64,000 bases of DNA from the human T2T-CHM13v2.0 reference genome, Homo sapiens, in assembly GCF_009914755.1 (NCBI RefSeq), contig NC_060940.1; one strand, given 5' to 3'. The notes under the pieces are model-generated. The model was not told the origin of the DNA and did not search any database. It saw only the letters and a list, made by a program, of their open reading frames with translations. The position numbers and the translations under genes are program-made. The stretch's first letter is position 1. Each line of letters begins with the position of its first letter. This document shows, in pieces, positions 15,250-31,140 of this stretch.

Positions 15250-16748
15250 TACCTGGAAAATCTTAAGGCACAAACAAACACAGGACAAATCCACAGGCTT
15301 GGGAATCACTATAAGCAGAAGAAAAATGTCCACAGGGCATAAACTTTGGAGGCATGCTCACAGCAACCGCTAACCAGAAAACTTCGCAGGCTCAGTCCAG
15401 ATCTGGGTAGGATTGGCTCAGGGGTGACCCATCTATCCTGAGAGCTGTCAGGACCCCATCCTATTGGGCACGATACAAGTCAGACATGGGACAGCCTTCG
15501 ATGCCAGCGTGGGCAGGGGTCTCACCTGAGCCCACGAGACCACACACACTTTGGCAGCAACTCTTGAATCAGTCAATTTTCTTCACACCATAAGTACATA
15601 CTTCACTCTCTCCGCTCAGCAGCTGCACCTGCCCTATCTGGTGGAGTGGAGGACACTGGCAAGCTGAAAGCTTCTGCAGGCTCATCCATCCAGATTCAGC
15701 TCTAAGAGCAGGGCAACCCGGGGAAAACGGAAACATACAGAAAACAGTTCACTTCTGGCTTGTCGCTTTGGCTGCAGGCAAGAGAAGGTGTGCACAGAGT
15801 TTTGAAGGAAAGACTGGAATGGGCTGACACTGGGCTTTGTTCCCGGAGCCCCATGGGGACAGGGCTGGCTTCCGAACCTAGAAATGCAGAGAGCTGCTCT
15901 CCAACAGGTGGAGGGCCCACCCGAGTAAGTATCCCGGGCAGAAGAACAGAGCAGGCACCACTGTCTGTCAACACCAGGCTCGGCATCCTCCCATCCCCCA
16001 GGGTCCCTCGACCTGTCCCCAGGGCACTGGAGAGAGGAGGGAGGGACGAAGGGCACGCGGTGAAAGGAAGGAAGGAGGCGCCTCTTCTTGGCGAGCTGAT
16101 GGGTGTGAGTGGTGAGCATGAATTAAAAAGCCATCCGGGAACAATGGTCTTTTCATATTTGGAGCCTGTTCTGCACAAAGCTCAGCTTGTTCTAGTGGGA
16201 GGACTCTGCTTTCCATTTTTTTCCTAACTCATTTCCTAGGGTTGTGGCAATGTCTGGCACTCGGCTCAACCCAATAGAGTATCCTTTAACTGAAGGATGT
16301 GCCAGGCAGGCCTCCTCCTTGACTTCGTAAGTGGTGGCATTGAGACACACAAAAAGGGACAACTTCAGGAAGCTTTTCTGTCTCGACCCGTGGGCTCCCG
16401 AAGAGCTCCTGGGTGTTTCTCTGAATAGCTGCCTAACCCACAGAAACACACACTGGATGTTTTCAGCGGCCAAACACCCATTTCCCTCTCAAATTACGCT
16501 AGACATGCCACACCCAGCAGACACTCCAAAGCCTAACTGGAAAAGGACAGCGGATGGGCGTCAGATCATGTGACAAGACCTTCCTCCACGTTCGACACAC
16601 TCCTGGAGTCTCTGCTGAACCCCACAAACCCCTTAGGCAAAGCAATTTTGAAACTGGGGGTGGAGACAAGAACAGCAGCCAACACTAAGCAATGAAGCTG
16701 TTCCTGACACTTGAACAAACTGTCGCCTCACTCAGTCCTTATGATCCC

Positions 16749-17290
16749 TGGTGGGCAGCCTCTAAGCCAGATCCTCCAATCCCACCCCGTGGCATTCACA
16801 CCCTTGTGTAGTCCCCTCCCCTTGGGAGTGAGTAATACATAGGGACTCACTTCTTACCAACAGCATGCAAATGGAATAGGACAAATGTGATAGGACACCA
16901 CTTCTGAGATGAGGCTGCAAAGAAACCGTCATTTTAGTCGTCTGCACCCTTCTCCTCCTCCTCTCCCTTATGGAAGCCAAGTGCCCCATTGTGAGCTGCT
17001 CTGTGGTGAGACCCACATGGCAAAGAACTGAGAGCAGCCTCCAGCCAGCAGCTCTTGGGGAAATGAATCCTATCAACAACCGTGTGTGTGAGCACAGATT
17101 TCAGTCTGTCCCCAGTCAAGTCTTCAGATGAGACCACGGCCCCAGGTAAACACTTTGACCTTGCAGCAGGGGACCCAGCTACGCCACAGCCCGATTCCTG
17201 ACCCACAGAAACTGTAAGATAATAAGTGCTTGCCATTTTAAGCTACTGAACTTAGGGGTAATCTGTGATGCAGCAATAGATAACAATACA
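16749..17290 (+). mobile_element. MLT1 (MLT1F-like) ERVL-MaLR solo LTR
   Basis: CCCACATGGCAAAGAACTGAG, CCTGACCCACAGAAACTGTAAGATAATAA, 3' end GCAGCAATAGATAACAATACA. Confidence 0.85.
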
Positions 17291-17324
17291 CATCTCCATT
17301 TTGCAAATGAAAAGATATAATGGA

Positions 17325-17640
17325 GGCCAGGAGTGCTGACTCATGCCTGTGGTCCCAACACTTTGGGAGGCTGAAGTGAGAGGATCACTTCAGCCCAGAG
17401 GTTCAAGACCAGCCTGGGCAAGATAGCAAGACTCTGTCTCTACAAAATTTTTTTTAAAAAAAGGTTAGCCAAGTGTGGTGGCACATGACTGTCGTCCCAG
17501 CTATTCAGGAGGCTGAGGTGGAAGGATGCCTTGAGCCCGGGAGGTCAAGGCTGCAGTGAGCCCTGACTGCACCACCACGCACTTCAGCTTGGACAAGACA
17601 GTGAGACCCTTCAAAAAAAAAAGGGGGGGAAAGAAAAGAA
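17325..17640 (+). mobile_element. Alu (AluJ-like)
   Basis: Full dimer; TSD-like AAAAGATATAAT / AAAATATATAAT. Confidence 0.92.
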
Positions 17641-19064
17641 AATATATAATTTTGGCCAGTAAGTAGCAGAGATTCTCACTTAGGCCAGACTGACTCTCTC
17701 TAGCCACCTTCCTCTCACCATGTGGCATTACCTATCAAGCCCACATTCCGGTCCATAGACCAGAAAAGCAGCAAAACTCCCTGGGCCTCTCTCCATCCTC
17801 ACAGATGACAGAGACACCTAACAGTCATGCCCCCAAATAAAAGGATACCAGATTGCTTTGGAATTTTAGGGTTGAAGAAAGAGTGAGGAGAGAATCCAGT
17901 CTAACTTTCTTTTACAGATAAAGCATCTGAGACCCACAGCCATAAAGTAACGGACATGGAACTCAAACCCCCGCCAGGATAGCACGTGACTCTTTAGGGA
18001 TTCCAGGAAACTTCTACTCAAACATGCTGAACAAGCTTCTACTTCTCTGGCCAGGAGAACTCCATCAGTAACTCTGGTCTTCTCTTTTGGCACACCAAGA
18101 TTAATGCTCTGTGGTGGCTGGCTCCCCTGGCACTTGGCAGCTTCTCCTATACCTGCCCCCTAAGTCCTTCCACAAAGTGACGAGATAGAGAAGGTAGATC
18201 AGAGCGTCTTCTCCTTGGTTAATACCAGAATCGACATATCACATATCACAACTGCATACTGCCCACCCAGCTTATGCTGAGGTGTGATCTAAGTTTGCTT
18301 TGAAATTCAGTGACATATCAGAAAGACAGCACACACATTTCCATCAAGACAGCTAACTTGGGCAAAGGTGTTCTCAAGTACCCAAGGCGATTGATTCCAC
18401 AAGCTTGCAGATCACTAAGACTTCCACTATTTTTACAAACACATACCATAGATGCTTACAGTAAATATCATAAATAATTAAAGCTAAGTAGCCTAAGGAC
18501 ATTTTGTGAAGCATCTTTGCTGCTTTTCTTTAAATTAGGTTCTCGCTAATTCACAAGATTGAATAATCTCCAAAAAGCCTCCAAACACAGCCACAGGCCA
18601 GTGCTATTTAAGTGATTCTACATTTTTGCAAACTTTTAAGCACATATTTTCTTCTCATGACAAAAAGTAATAGATATTCACTATGCGGAGCTCAGAAAAC
18701 AAAGTATTAAAAGTAGCCTGTACTTCTACCAGCTGGAAATAGCCATCAGTCATATGTAATTCTTTAGCTTCTCTTCTATGCATATTTTAAAAATTAAACT
18801 GAAGTCCTATAGTCCACAGAGTTCCTTTCATTCCATTTACATCACTGTTTTCCCACATTTATAACCAGGAGGCAGGAGTTTTAAATAGCTGCATAAGCAT
18901 CTACCATATGGCTGCACCACAGTTTAAATCAATCCCCTGTAAGATTTTTCAGATAGTTTCCATTTTTCACTATTATAAATGTCTGTTATAAGTGTCTGTA
19001 GCAAAAATCTTTATGTATAAATTTCCTTTGCACGACTCTCAGGGTTTCCTTATTACAAATGGAG

Positions 19065-19185
19065 TTGTCACCAGTCCTGATCCGGGTATTAGACGTAAGA
19101 TAATTAAAGGGAAAAAAAAAAAAAAACCATCAGACAAAGACTCCGCCCTTGTGAAGCTTAGATTCTAGCAGGGGAAACAATCAAG
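19065..19185 (-). mobile_element. L2 3'-end fragment
   Basis: CAGACAAAGACTCCGCCCTTGTGAAGCTTAGATTCTAGCAGGG resembles the reverse complement of the L2 tail. Confidence 0.55.
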
Positions 19186-19199
19186 GATAATACATTTTT

Positions 19200-19525
<326 letters not shown>

Positions 19526-19945
19526 GGATAATACATTTTTTTAATTGTATAGTATTTTACTAGTGGCATATGGTATGGTCAGAAATGCAGAGGCAGAACA
19601 GAGTGAGGGGGTCAGGAATTCACGGGGGGAAAAGCTACACATTTAAATAAACCTTAAAGTTTCTTGACACATACTGCCAAATGATCCTCCAGAAAGGGTA
19701 TACTAATTTTTATACCCAATAACCAGATCAGGGTATTTGCTTTTTTTTTTTTTCCACTTAGTTCAAAAAAACAAAACAAAACAAAAAAAGCTCAACCTTA
19801 CCAGTAATCAAATACGTTAAAACAATGAGGTCTCATTTGGCTCTTCAAATGGGCAGCCTAGATTTATTCTTCATGAATTGTCCATTTGTGTTCTTTGCCC
19901 ATTTATCTCTTTTTATTTTTGTTTACCACAATAATAACTACATAA

Positions 19946-20413
<468 letters not shown>

Positions 20414-21014
20414 GTTTCATTCATTTTTAAGAGCTCTTTATATATTAAGGATTTAGGACACACTGTCAATTCCATGTGCTCTAAACACCTTTTCACAGTT
20501 TGTCATATGCCTTAAAATTTTGTGATTAGTGACCAGCATGCACAATTTTTTTTAAGTAGACTACATCAATCTTTTCTATTACAATTTCTTCCCCACAAGG
20601 CTTAGGCCTAATATTCCTCACTGCCCTATATTCAGATCAATATTAACCTATATTTTCTTCTAGCTCTTTTGTGATTTTAGTTTTACTTTTACCTCTCCAA
20701 CTCACCTGGAATGGATGGTAACATATGCTATGAAAAATGGCTCTAACCTAATTTTTCCGCCATTTGGCTATCTAACTGTCCTACAACCATTTATTGCATA
20801 ATTTTATAATACGAGAGGCAGTGAAGTGCAGTGATAGAGATCACTGGTTTTGCTGTCAGTTACATCAGTGTCCAAGTCTGGCTGACTTTGAGCCTGTTAC
20901 TTAAACTCCCTGAGCTTCGGTTTCCTTCACTATAAAATGAACTATTAGTAATGTATTAGTAGTATCCAATTCATCTGGTTTTTATGAGGATTAAATAAGT
21001 TCATATAAAGTCTT

Positions 21015-21608
<594 letters not shown>

Positions 21609-22142
21609 TCAGCATAATGCTTGGCACTTAGAAGTTCTGAAGCGTTATGTGAGCTGTTACTCTGATTCCTCTCACTTAACATGAAATACAACCTTTACCA
21701 GACACATTTCTATTTGATTCCATCCCACTGAGTGATCTCTATATTTTCTAACCAGTTTTTCCCAGTATATGAGAAAGCTAATTATCTTTTAAAATGTTAC
21801 GTTGTAACTGAACTCCTTAATTAAATTTAAATGTGTCTTGGGCCACTAGGAAGACAGTAACATCTGGAAATAATTTTCTTTGTTTCTTTTTAACCATTAT
21901 TTGACTTTGGTTTGTCCATCCTGACCAGTTCAATAAGGTAGGAAAAAGAAATTAGCAAATTAGTATATTCCATAGTCTCCATTGTGTTCCCAGTTTCAGA
22001 ATGTTGCCTCTCATGATTCATCACTAAGTCTGAGGGTGTTGGCTGCCTGTTTCTTCATTGAGAAGTCAATGCATCCTCTTTCAAGCTTGAGTTTTCAAAA
22101 TTCTAAGCAGACTAGGAATAAGGGTAGAAAATTACCAAATGC

Positions 22143-22409
<267 letters not shown>

Positions 22410-22410
<1 letters not shown>

Positions 22411-22508
22411 CAAAGAAAGAAAAGAAAGAAAAGAAAAAAAAGAAAGAAACGAAAGAAAAGGAAAGGAAAGGGAGGAAGGAAAGAGGAAAGGAAGGAAAGG
22501 AAGGAAGG
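22410..22508 (+). repeat. (GAAA)n/(GGAA)n polypurine tract derived from the Alu tail
   Basis: ~100 bp almost pure A/G. Confidence 0.9.
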
Positions 22509-22547
22509 TGATCAAATGTATCTCTCACACACATACACACAGACAGA

Positions 22548-22866
22548 CAGCTGTCCCTTGCTATATCTCCCATAGATCCCGAAAATCTGAGGATAGTCAA
22601 GTCCCTGATATAAAACAGCATAATATGCACAACCTCCTGTATACTTTAAATCATCTTTTGATTACTTATAACACCTAATGCAATGTAAATGCTATATAAA
22701 TATTTGTTAAACTGTATCATTTAAGGAATAATGACAAGCAAAAAGGCTGTCGAGTCCACAGGTCCTTTACATGTTGAGTAAAGACCCAATTTTTTCCCCA
22801 AATATTTTTGATTTGCAGTTGCTGGAATCTACAAATGCAGAACGGGTGACTATGAAGGCCAACTAT
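22548..22866 (+). mobile_element. MER2 (Tigger-derived TcMar MITE)
   Basis: TCAAGTCCCTGATATAAAA, TATACTTTAAATCATCT...GATTACTTATAA.ACCTAAT.CAATGTAAATGCTAT. Confidence 0.85.
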
Positions 22867-23243
22867 ATTATGTTTTTCTTCTTGGCTCTACATACATGAT
22901 TATTTCAAGAGAAGACATTCTGATATTAAGCCCCTTCTTACATTTCCAGGATAAATCCTATGTGGTTATGATTCTTTTAAAATGCTAAATTCAATCTGTG
23001 ACTGTTTTATCTGGCATTTTTGCATCTCCACTCATGTCGGAACTCAATCTTCAGCTTTCTTTTTGTGTAACCTTTGTGATGGTGTTGGTTCCCAGAATTA
23101 TGCTAGCTTTGTCAAATCAACTGGGATGCTTTACCTCTTTTTCTATTCCCTGAAACAGTGTATTTAGCAGGCAATTATAGCATCCCTCTAAGTTTAAAAT
23201 AACTTATCCTTTAAACTTCTTGCATCCAGAGCCCTCCTCATAA

Positions 23244-23550
<307 letters not shown>

Positions 23551-24707
23551 AGAACTTTTTTTTTAATGCTCAGCTTCTTCCCCAGTTTCTGATTTAAAGT
23601 TTCAGACATCCAAGTCATTTCCCAACAGCCATGTCACTGGGATTTTCAAAGGTGTTGCATTTTAAGTTACTGTGTTTTACATTACAAAACAATTACTTCA
23701 AATGCAACTTACATTTGTTACACTTTTTCTATCATATCAATTCCTTTTTAGTTTTCTGTATTTGGGGTTTTCTCTTTTCTCTTTTCTTAATTAAACATGA
23801 TAGTGATTTGGTCTACTTCCTTGGCCTTTTTTCCCAAATAGCTTTTAGATTTATCAATTCAGTGTTTTTATCTGTTTTTCTAATTCATTAATATCACTTT
23901 TATCTTACAATTCTTTTCTCCAGCTGTCTTTAGGCTTGTTTTATGCTTTCCAAGTTTGAGTTGAATACTTAATTCATTTATTTTCATTTTCTTTAATAAT
24001 GTTTTAAAGCTACAAATGTGCCCCTGAATATAACTTTGGTAATAACCCATACATTTAGATATACAGAGTTCTCAATATTTCCTAATGATCCTGTAACAGT
24101 AACTTCATTTCCTCTTTGACCCAAGTGTGATTTAGGAGAATATTTTTAAATTTTCAAGTAACTGGATTTCATTAACATGTTTAAGTATTCTATGGAGGAT
24201 AAAAACATCTCTGAAAGGAGATGAAACTCTGGCAAATAAAAAAAAACCTTTTAAATAGAAAACACGACAATGTTAAAAGTGAAAAATGACTCATATAATG
24301 CTGTGATGGCCATATCTACAGACACTCCTTGTAGAAGGGATATAACCACCATTGGTCCTGGGGCACTGAGAGATCTGAGTGTAAGCAACACAAGGAGAGA
24401 GGGAAGAGGATGTTAAGTCTCTGTGCCTTCTGAAAATTTTATCTTGGGCATATGCTGCTTGCTTATTTCAGAAGCAAAGTCACCCCTCAATAAATGGAAT
24501 AAAACCATCCCAGATACACCATCTAAGTATATAACCAAGTAAACTTCCATATTTTTTTGATGAAATTTAGAGATGGCTTCAATTGAGTAAGACTTGGCCC
24601 CAAGATGATTACATCTGTGACTAAAGAAGGCAGGAGGGAAAAACAATAATCTCTAATTCTGCAATCTCCAAGTTCAGAAGAATTGAGAGCTACAAGAAAA
24701 ATAAAGT

Positions 24708-24713
24708 ATATAC

Positions 24714-24746
<33 letters not shown>

Positions 24747-24756
24747 TATATATATG
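24708..24756. repeat. (TG)n/(TA)n microsatellite
   Basis: Directly visible. Confidence 0.92.
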
Positions 24757-25538
24757 TTAAAAAGCTTAATGAGGTTCCAACTGGGCTATTTTGAAACCTA
24801 AATGTCAGGAACATGAAGCTGAGGCAGTACAGTAGCCAGTTCCCTGTATCTCCTTACGCAGCCTTTCCCATTTTACAATTACTACATCTTGTAGATCTTG
24901 CCTGCTACAGACCTTAAAACGCATTTCAATCCCAAATTAATTGAATTAACTTGTGCTTATAAGCATCATACCGTATCAACTCCCTTCCTTCCCACAAACT
25001 TTGTAGTGCCAAGTTAAAAAGAAAAGAAAAAAAAATGGACTCCATAAATCAGTTTTCCAATTTACGTTGAAGAAATCTGTTTCCTACTTTCTAATTTCTG
25101 CAACTGGGAAATTCTGTATATTATGTTACCATATAATGAAGGATGCCGGTAAACAGAAATCCACACGCCTGCACACACAACAGATTACATTGTATGTAAT
25201 TGCAAACACCACCAAGTTATGTACTCTTGGGAGCATTATTAGTGAGATGTGGTTATTTAATGCTTCATCTATTTAAAAAAAAAACTCATTCCATATGGAT
25301 GAAAAATGAGTATACTAGCCTGAATATGGGAAAAAAATAGAAAATGTAATCATATATTACTTAAAATCTATAACGTTTTATGCAAAGATAAGGTGTTAGT
25401 ACCAAACTTAGGCATTCAGAATGTCTCAAATACAATATCATGGGCTAATTGCTGGCTACCAAAACCTCCATCCCCCAGCAGCAGATGGCAGGGCCAGCCT
25501 TTTGTACTTTACTTGACCATTTAAGAAACTCACAAAGG

Positions 25539-25843
25539 GGCCAGTCATGGTGGCTCACACCTGTAATTCCAGCACTTTCAGAGGCCGACGCAGGCGAATC
25601 ACTTGAGGTCAGGAGTTCGAGACAAGCCTGACCAAAATGGCAAAACCCCGTCTCTAGTAAAAATAAAAAAATTAGCAGGGTGTGGTGGCGCACGCCTGTA
25701 ATCCCAGCTATTCAGGAGGCTGAGGCAGGAGAATCATTTGAACTCAGGAAGCAGAGGTTGCAGTGAGCCGAGATTGCATCACTGCACTCCAGCCTGGGTT
25801 ACAGAGCGAGACTCCCTCTCAAAGAAAAAAAAAAAAAAAAAAA
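25539..25843 (+). mobile_element. Alu (AluS-like)
   Basis: Full dimer; TSD-like AAACTCACAAAGG / AAACTCATAAAGG. Confidence 0.93.
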
Positions 25844-26594
25844 CTCATAAAGGTACACAGCACCTGGGGGCTTCCATTAGCATCAGAACACCCACGGAGG
25901 CACGCCCCATGGGAAGGTGGCACTCAGCTCCCACCACAGAGCAAGGCCCTTTAACAGCGAAGATGCTGCAGGGCACTGCTACTCGCCCTGCTGGGGAGAA
26001 GCCACCCAGCAGCCACCCTAGGAGCCTGGCACAGAATGCCCAGCTGTGGGGAAGGAAACTGTGCCACCTGCATCGCCCATGTGCCAAATGGAGTTCAAGA
26101 CTCTGCACCGTTCCCCATTCATCCCCACGAGAGGTTCAGCAGCCACTGCCGCTAAAACAAAAGACGGATGACAGGAAAACCCGCTGGCCTTTGGCCCATT
26201 CCCTAGCAAAGGGGAAGTGTAAAAGTGCAAAGGGGAAAGTGGGCCAGCTGCACTAATCCCTCTTTGTCCAGCAGTAATTAATAGTATAATCCACATTTCA
26301 GATGCATTAAAGCGAAAATGCTGCATTATCAGAGAGCCCGGCACACAGCCTCAGGGCAGAGCCTCCCTGCTGACCTGCAGAACCAGGTTACCTCATCTCA
26401 GCCTCCTCCTCTCAGGGGAGCTGACTCTAGACACCTCATAAAAGGACCGAGCTGGCAGCCAGAAGTCTCCACTCTGCCTGATGTGCTGTGTCTGTCTTCA
26501 GAAACCACCCACTCCAGAGCCAGTCCTTTGGGCACACGAGTTCTACTCCAGGAGACATTTACATCAAGTTCTACTCTCTGACCAACATTGAACA

Positions 26595-27230
<636 letters not shown>

Positions 27231-27260
27231 AACACTGCATATATTAATATCACAAGTCTG

Positions 27261-27537
27261 GGCTGGGCGTGGTGGCTCATACCTGTAATCCCAGTACTTT
27301 GGGAGGCCAAGGTGGGCAGATCACGAGGTCAAGAGATCGAGACCATCCTGGCCAACATGGTGAAACCCTGTCTCTACTAAAAATACAAAAATTAGCTGGG
27401 CTTGGTGGCGCTACTCAGGAGGCTGAGGCAGGAGAATCACTTGAACCTAGAGGCAGAGGTCGCAGTGCATGGATATCATGCCACTGCATTCCAGGCTAGT
27501 GACAGAGCAAGACTCAATCTCAAGGAAAAAAAAAAAA
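27261..27537 (+). mobile_element. Alu (AluSc-like, internal deletion)
   Basis: GATCACGAGGTCAAGAGATCGAGACCATCCTGGCCAAC; TSD-like ATCACAAG. Confidence 0.92.
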
Positions 27538-28075
27538 TCACAAGCCCCCCTGTGGATTCTTAAGCTTTAAGCTAACTCCCCTCCCCCCAAAATACTGGGA
27601 TAATAAATGCAACCAAAATTAAGATGCCCCTCCTCAACTCAATTCGGTGGGATACCTTTTTTTATCTTGGTGTTATTTGGGTATTCTGCACTAATTCTGG
27701 GGCACCAGGTAAGTTTCTATCGAGGGGTAGAAGCTGACTTCTGTCCCCGTCCCCCAAGACCAAAGAGGAAGCCTCTTCTGCCACCACTGAAATACTATCT
27801 TTAGAGGAAGGCATGCTATTAGCTCATCAAGCACAAAACACATTCGAGCTAAACATTACAGTCAAATGTCACAGCCACTTCAAAATAGAGGTACCCAAAA
27901 AGGCAGTCAGTCTTCTCAGCAGGGCTTTGAAACCACTGCCAACTGAGAACTTGATCTCAAGTCTTCCAACACCAAAACACCTGGTGGAATAGGTACAACT
28001 AACGGGCAGACAGCCTCAAACTCCATTCAGCTCCACAGCGCCTCTCCATGACCACTGCAGCTCAACCTCTGTGCT

Positions 28076-28789
28076 GGGAAGTGCATGCATAGGATGGAGC
28101 CATGTTTCTAGAACCATCAGAGACAAATTTTCTACTACAAGTGATACTGCACATGACAGTTTATTCCTTGGCTGGCCTCTGATAGTATGCATTTGAACCA
28201 TATGGAATCACCATTTTTTTATTAAATTAGAGCTGTTAAATAATAACATCATGGAGGAATGTGTTAGGTTCTGGGCAAGGATCTTAAATACACAGTTTTG
28301 GAACAAGTGTAGGGAGGGGCCCAAGCCCACGGCCGGTGCCCAACGGTGGCTACACACTACAGCAGCAACCGGCCTTCATCCTCCAAGTCCTCCTTGGAAT
28401 TTGGGTGAAACTACTTATATCTTAATCTAGGCAGCTGGAGATGAAGACAAAGACAAAAGAGAAGAGGAGAGAAAAGGAAAATAATTTGATAGAAGTATTT
28501 TCCATCCCAAATTTTGAGATCCTGGCACGAATGATATAATCTAGATACCCAACAACCTATACTTGTTCCAAAATCGTGCTGTTAAGATCCTTGCCCAGAA
28601 CCTAACACGTTCTTCCATGATGTTATTAACAACTCTAATTTAATCCAAAAATGGTGATTCCATATGGTTCAAATACATAGTATCAGAGGCCAGCCAAGGA
28701 ATGAATTGTCATTTGCAATATCTCTTGTAGCAGAAAATGTATCCATGCTGGTTCTAGAAACATAGCTCCATCCTATGCACACACTTCCC
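28076..28789. repeat. Long inverted repeat: arms 28076-28313 and 28556-28789, 242 bp spacer
   Basis: Hand alignment of the left arm to the reverse complement of the right arm: 27 substitutions and one 4-nt indel over ~234 bp (~88%), e.g. TTCCTTGGCTGGCCTCTGATA / TATCAGAGGCCAGCCAAGGAA and GTGTTAGGTTCTGGGCAAGGATCTTAA / TTAAGATCCTTGCCCAGAACCTAACAC. Confidence 0.97.
28140..28434 (-). other. Candidate cryptic terminal exon (acceptor in the hairpin loop, AATAAA at 28223-28218 and 28165-28160)
   Basis: Minus strand TTTTCCTTTTCTCTCCTCTTCTCTTTTGTCTTTGTCTTCATCTCCAG|CTGCC with ~85 nt AG-free upstream zone; three TGTA motifs then two AATAAA; no transcript evidence available. Confidence 0.35.
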
Positions 28790-29072
28790 CCAGGACTCCT
28801 GGACTGCCAAAGGCAGCCTATAAGCCATCAACTAGCAACTGGACATTTCATCTGGGCGCTCAGGAGGTACAGACCTACCAATCACGGGAGTGAAGGTACC
28901 CAGGCCAAGGGGCTGTACAAGAAGGGCAGAGAGGAGGCCACCATCCTGAACACATCACAGACTGCCCATCTGTGCCCTTCAAGTGACCTCTAAAGTGTGG
29001 TATCAATCTCCACTGAACCTTTGCTCTTATTCCCACAACACTTGGATTCTTTCTTTACAGGGACCCATGTGA

Positions 29073-29429
<357 letters not shown>

Positions 29430-30098
29430 TGACTCTTTGGGCCTCACCAAAATACAATTTCACAAAATAATGTCACATTATTTGGGGGAGGGGAGAGGCC
29501 ACCAAATTTCATCTCGAAGCCTCTTCCCTCATTTCCAAGGAAATAGGCATTGTTGGAACAGGTAAGGCTGTAATATTTGGTTTAGCTTTGCCCTCCTGAG
29601 CCACCTACCTCTAGAGGCACGTGGGGGTCTCTTTCTTTGCCAACTGCACCAATTCCTCCACAGGACCGTGCAGTAGCTGAATAACAACCCCCGAAGACGC
29701 CCACATCCTAATATCCGTAACCTACAAATATGTTACCTTCTACAGCAAAGGAAACTTTGCAGATGCGATCAAGTGAAGGATCTTTGGATAGAGGAGATGA
29801 TCGTGGATTATCCAGGGGGCCTGATGCAATCACAGGGGTCCTTACAACAGGGGCAAAGGAGAGGACAGAGTCAGGCAGAAGAAGGAGATGTAACAGAAGC
29901 ATGACACAGAGTGATGTGAGGAAGGGGCCATCAACCCAGAAATGTGGGGGCCTCCAGAACCTAGACCATGCAAGGAAATGGGTTCCTCCTCGAAACCGCT
30001 ACGAGAAACCAGCCCTGCCAACACCCTGACTTCAGCCTACTGAAACTGATTTCAGACTTCTAGGCTCCAGCTACAAGGCAATCAGTTTGCGGTTTTTT

Positions 30099-30607
<509 letters not shown>

Positions 30608-30836
30608 TATGTGGTAACTTCTTACGGCATCAAGAGGAAACTAGTATAGCCATCTGGAGAAAGGGGGACAGAACCACTGGACACACAGAAGCAGGGGTGT
30701 CCCTGAAGGGTTCACCCTACCAAGGGGTTCACACTACCCTCCTTCTCCAGACCCTAGGGACCAGCTGAAACCTCTCTTTCTCCATCACCAAAAATTAGGA
30801 CCAAAGGCCTCAGATGCTGTAATCAAGAGCTGTGTC

Positions 30837-31140
30837 TTTTTTTTCTTTTTTTTTTTTTTGAGATAGGGTCTCACTCTGTCTCTCAAGCTGGAGTGCAGTG
30901 GTGCAATCTCAACTCACTGTACCCTCTACCTCCCGGGCTGAAGTGATCCTCCCACCTCAGCCTCCTGAGTAGCTGGGACTACAGACGCCTACCACCGTGC
31001 ACAGCTAGCTTTTGTATTTCTTGTAGAGACAGGGTTTTGCTGTGTTGCCCAGGTTGGTCTCTAACTCCTGGGTTCAAGTGATCCACCCACTTCAGCCTCC
31101 ATAAGTGCTGGGATTACAGGCGTGAGCCACCACACCGGCC
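30837..31140 (-). mobile_element. Alu (AluJ-like)
   Basis: Reverse dimer; TSD-like GCTGTGTCTT / GCTATGTCTT. Confidence 0.92.

Noticed and set aside
15682-16227. Overlapping 145-158 aa ORFs on both strands
   Set aside because: A GC-rich, stop-poor stretch with no recognised homology
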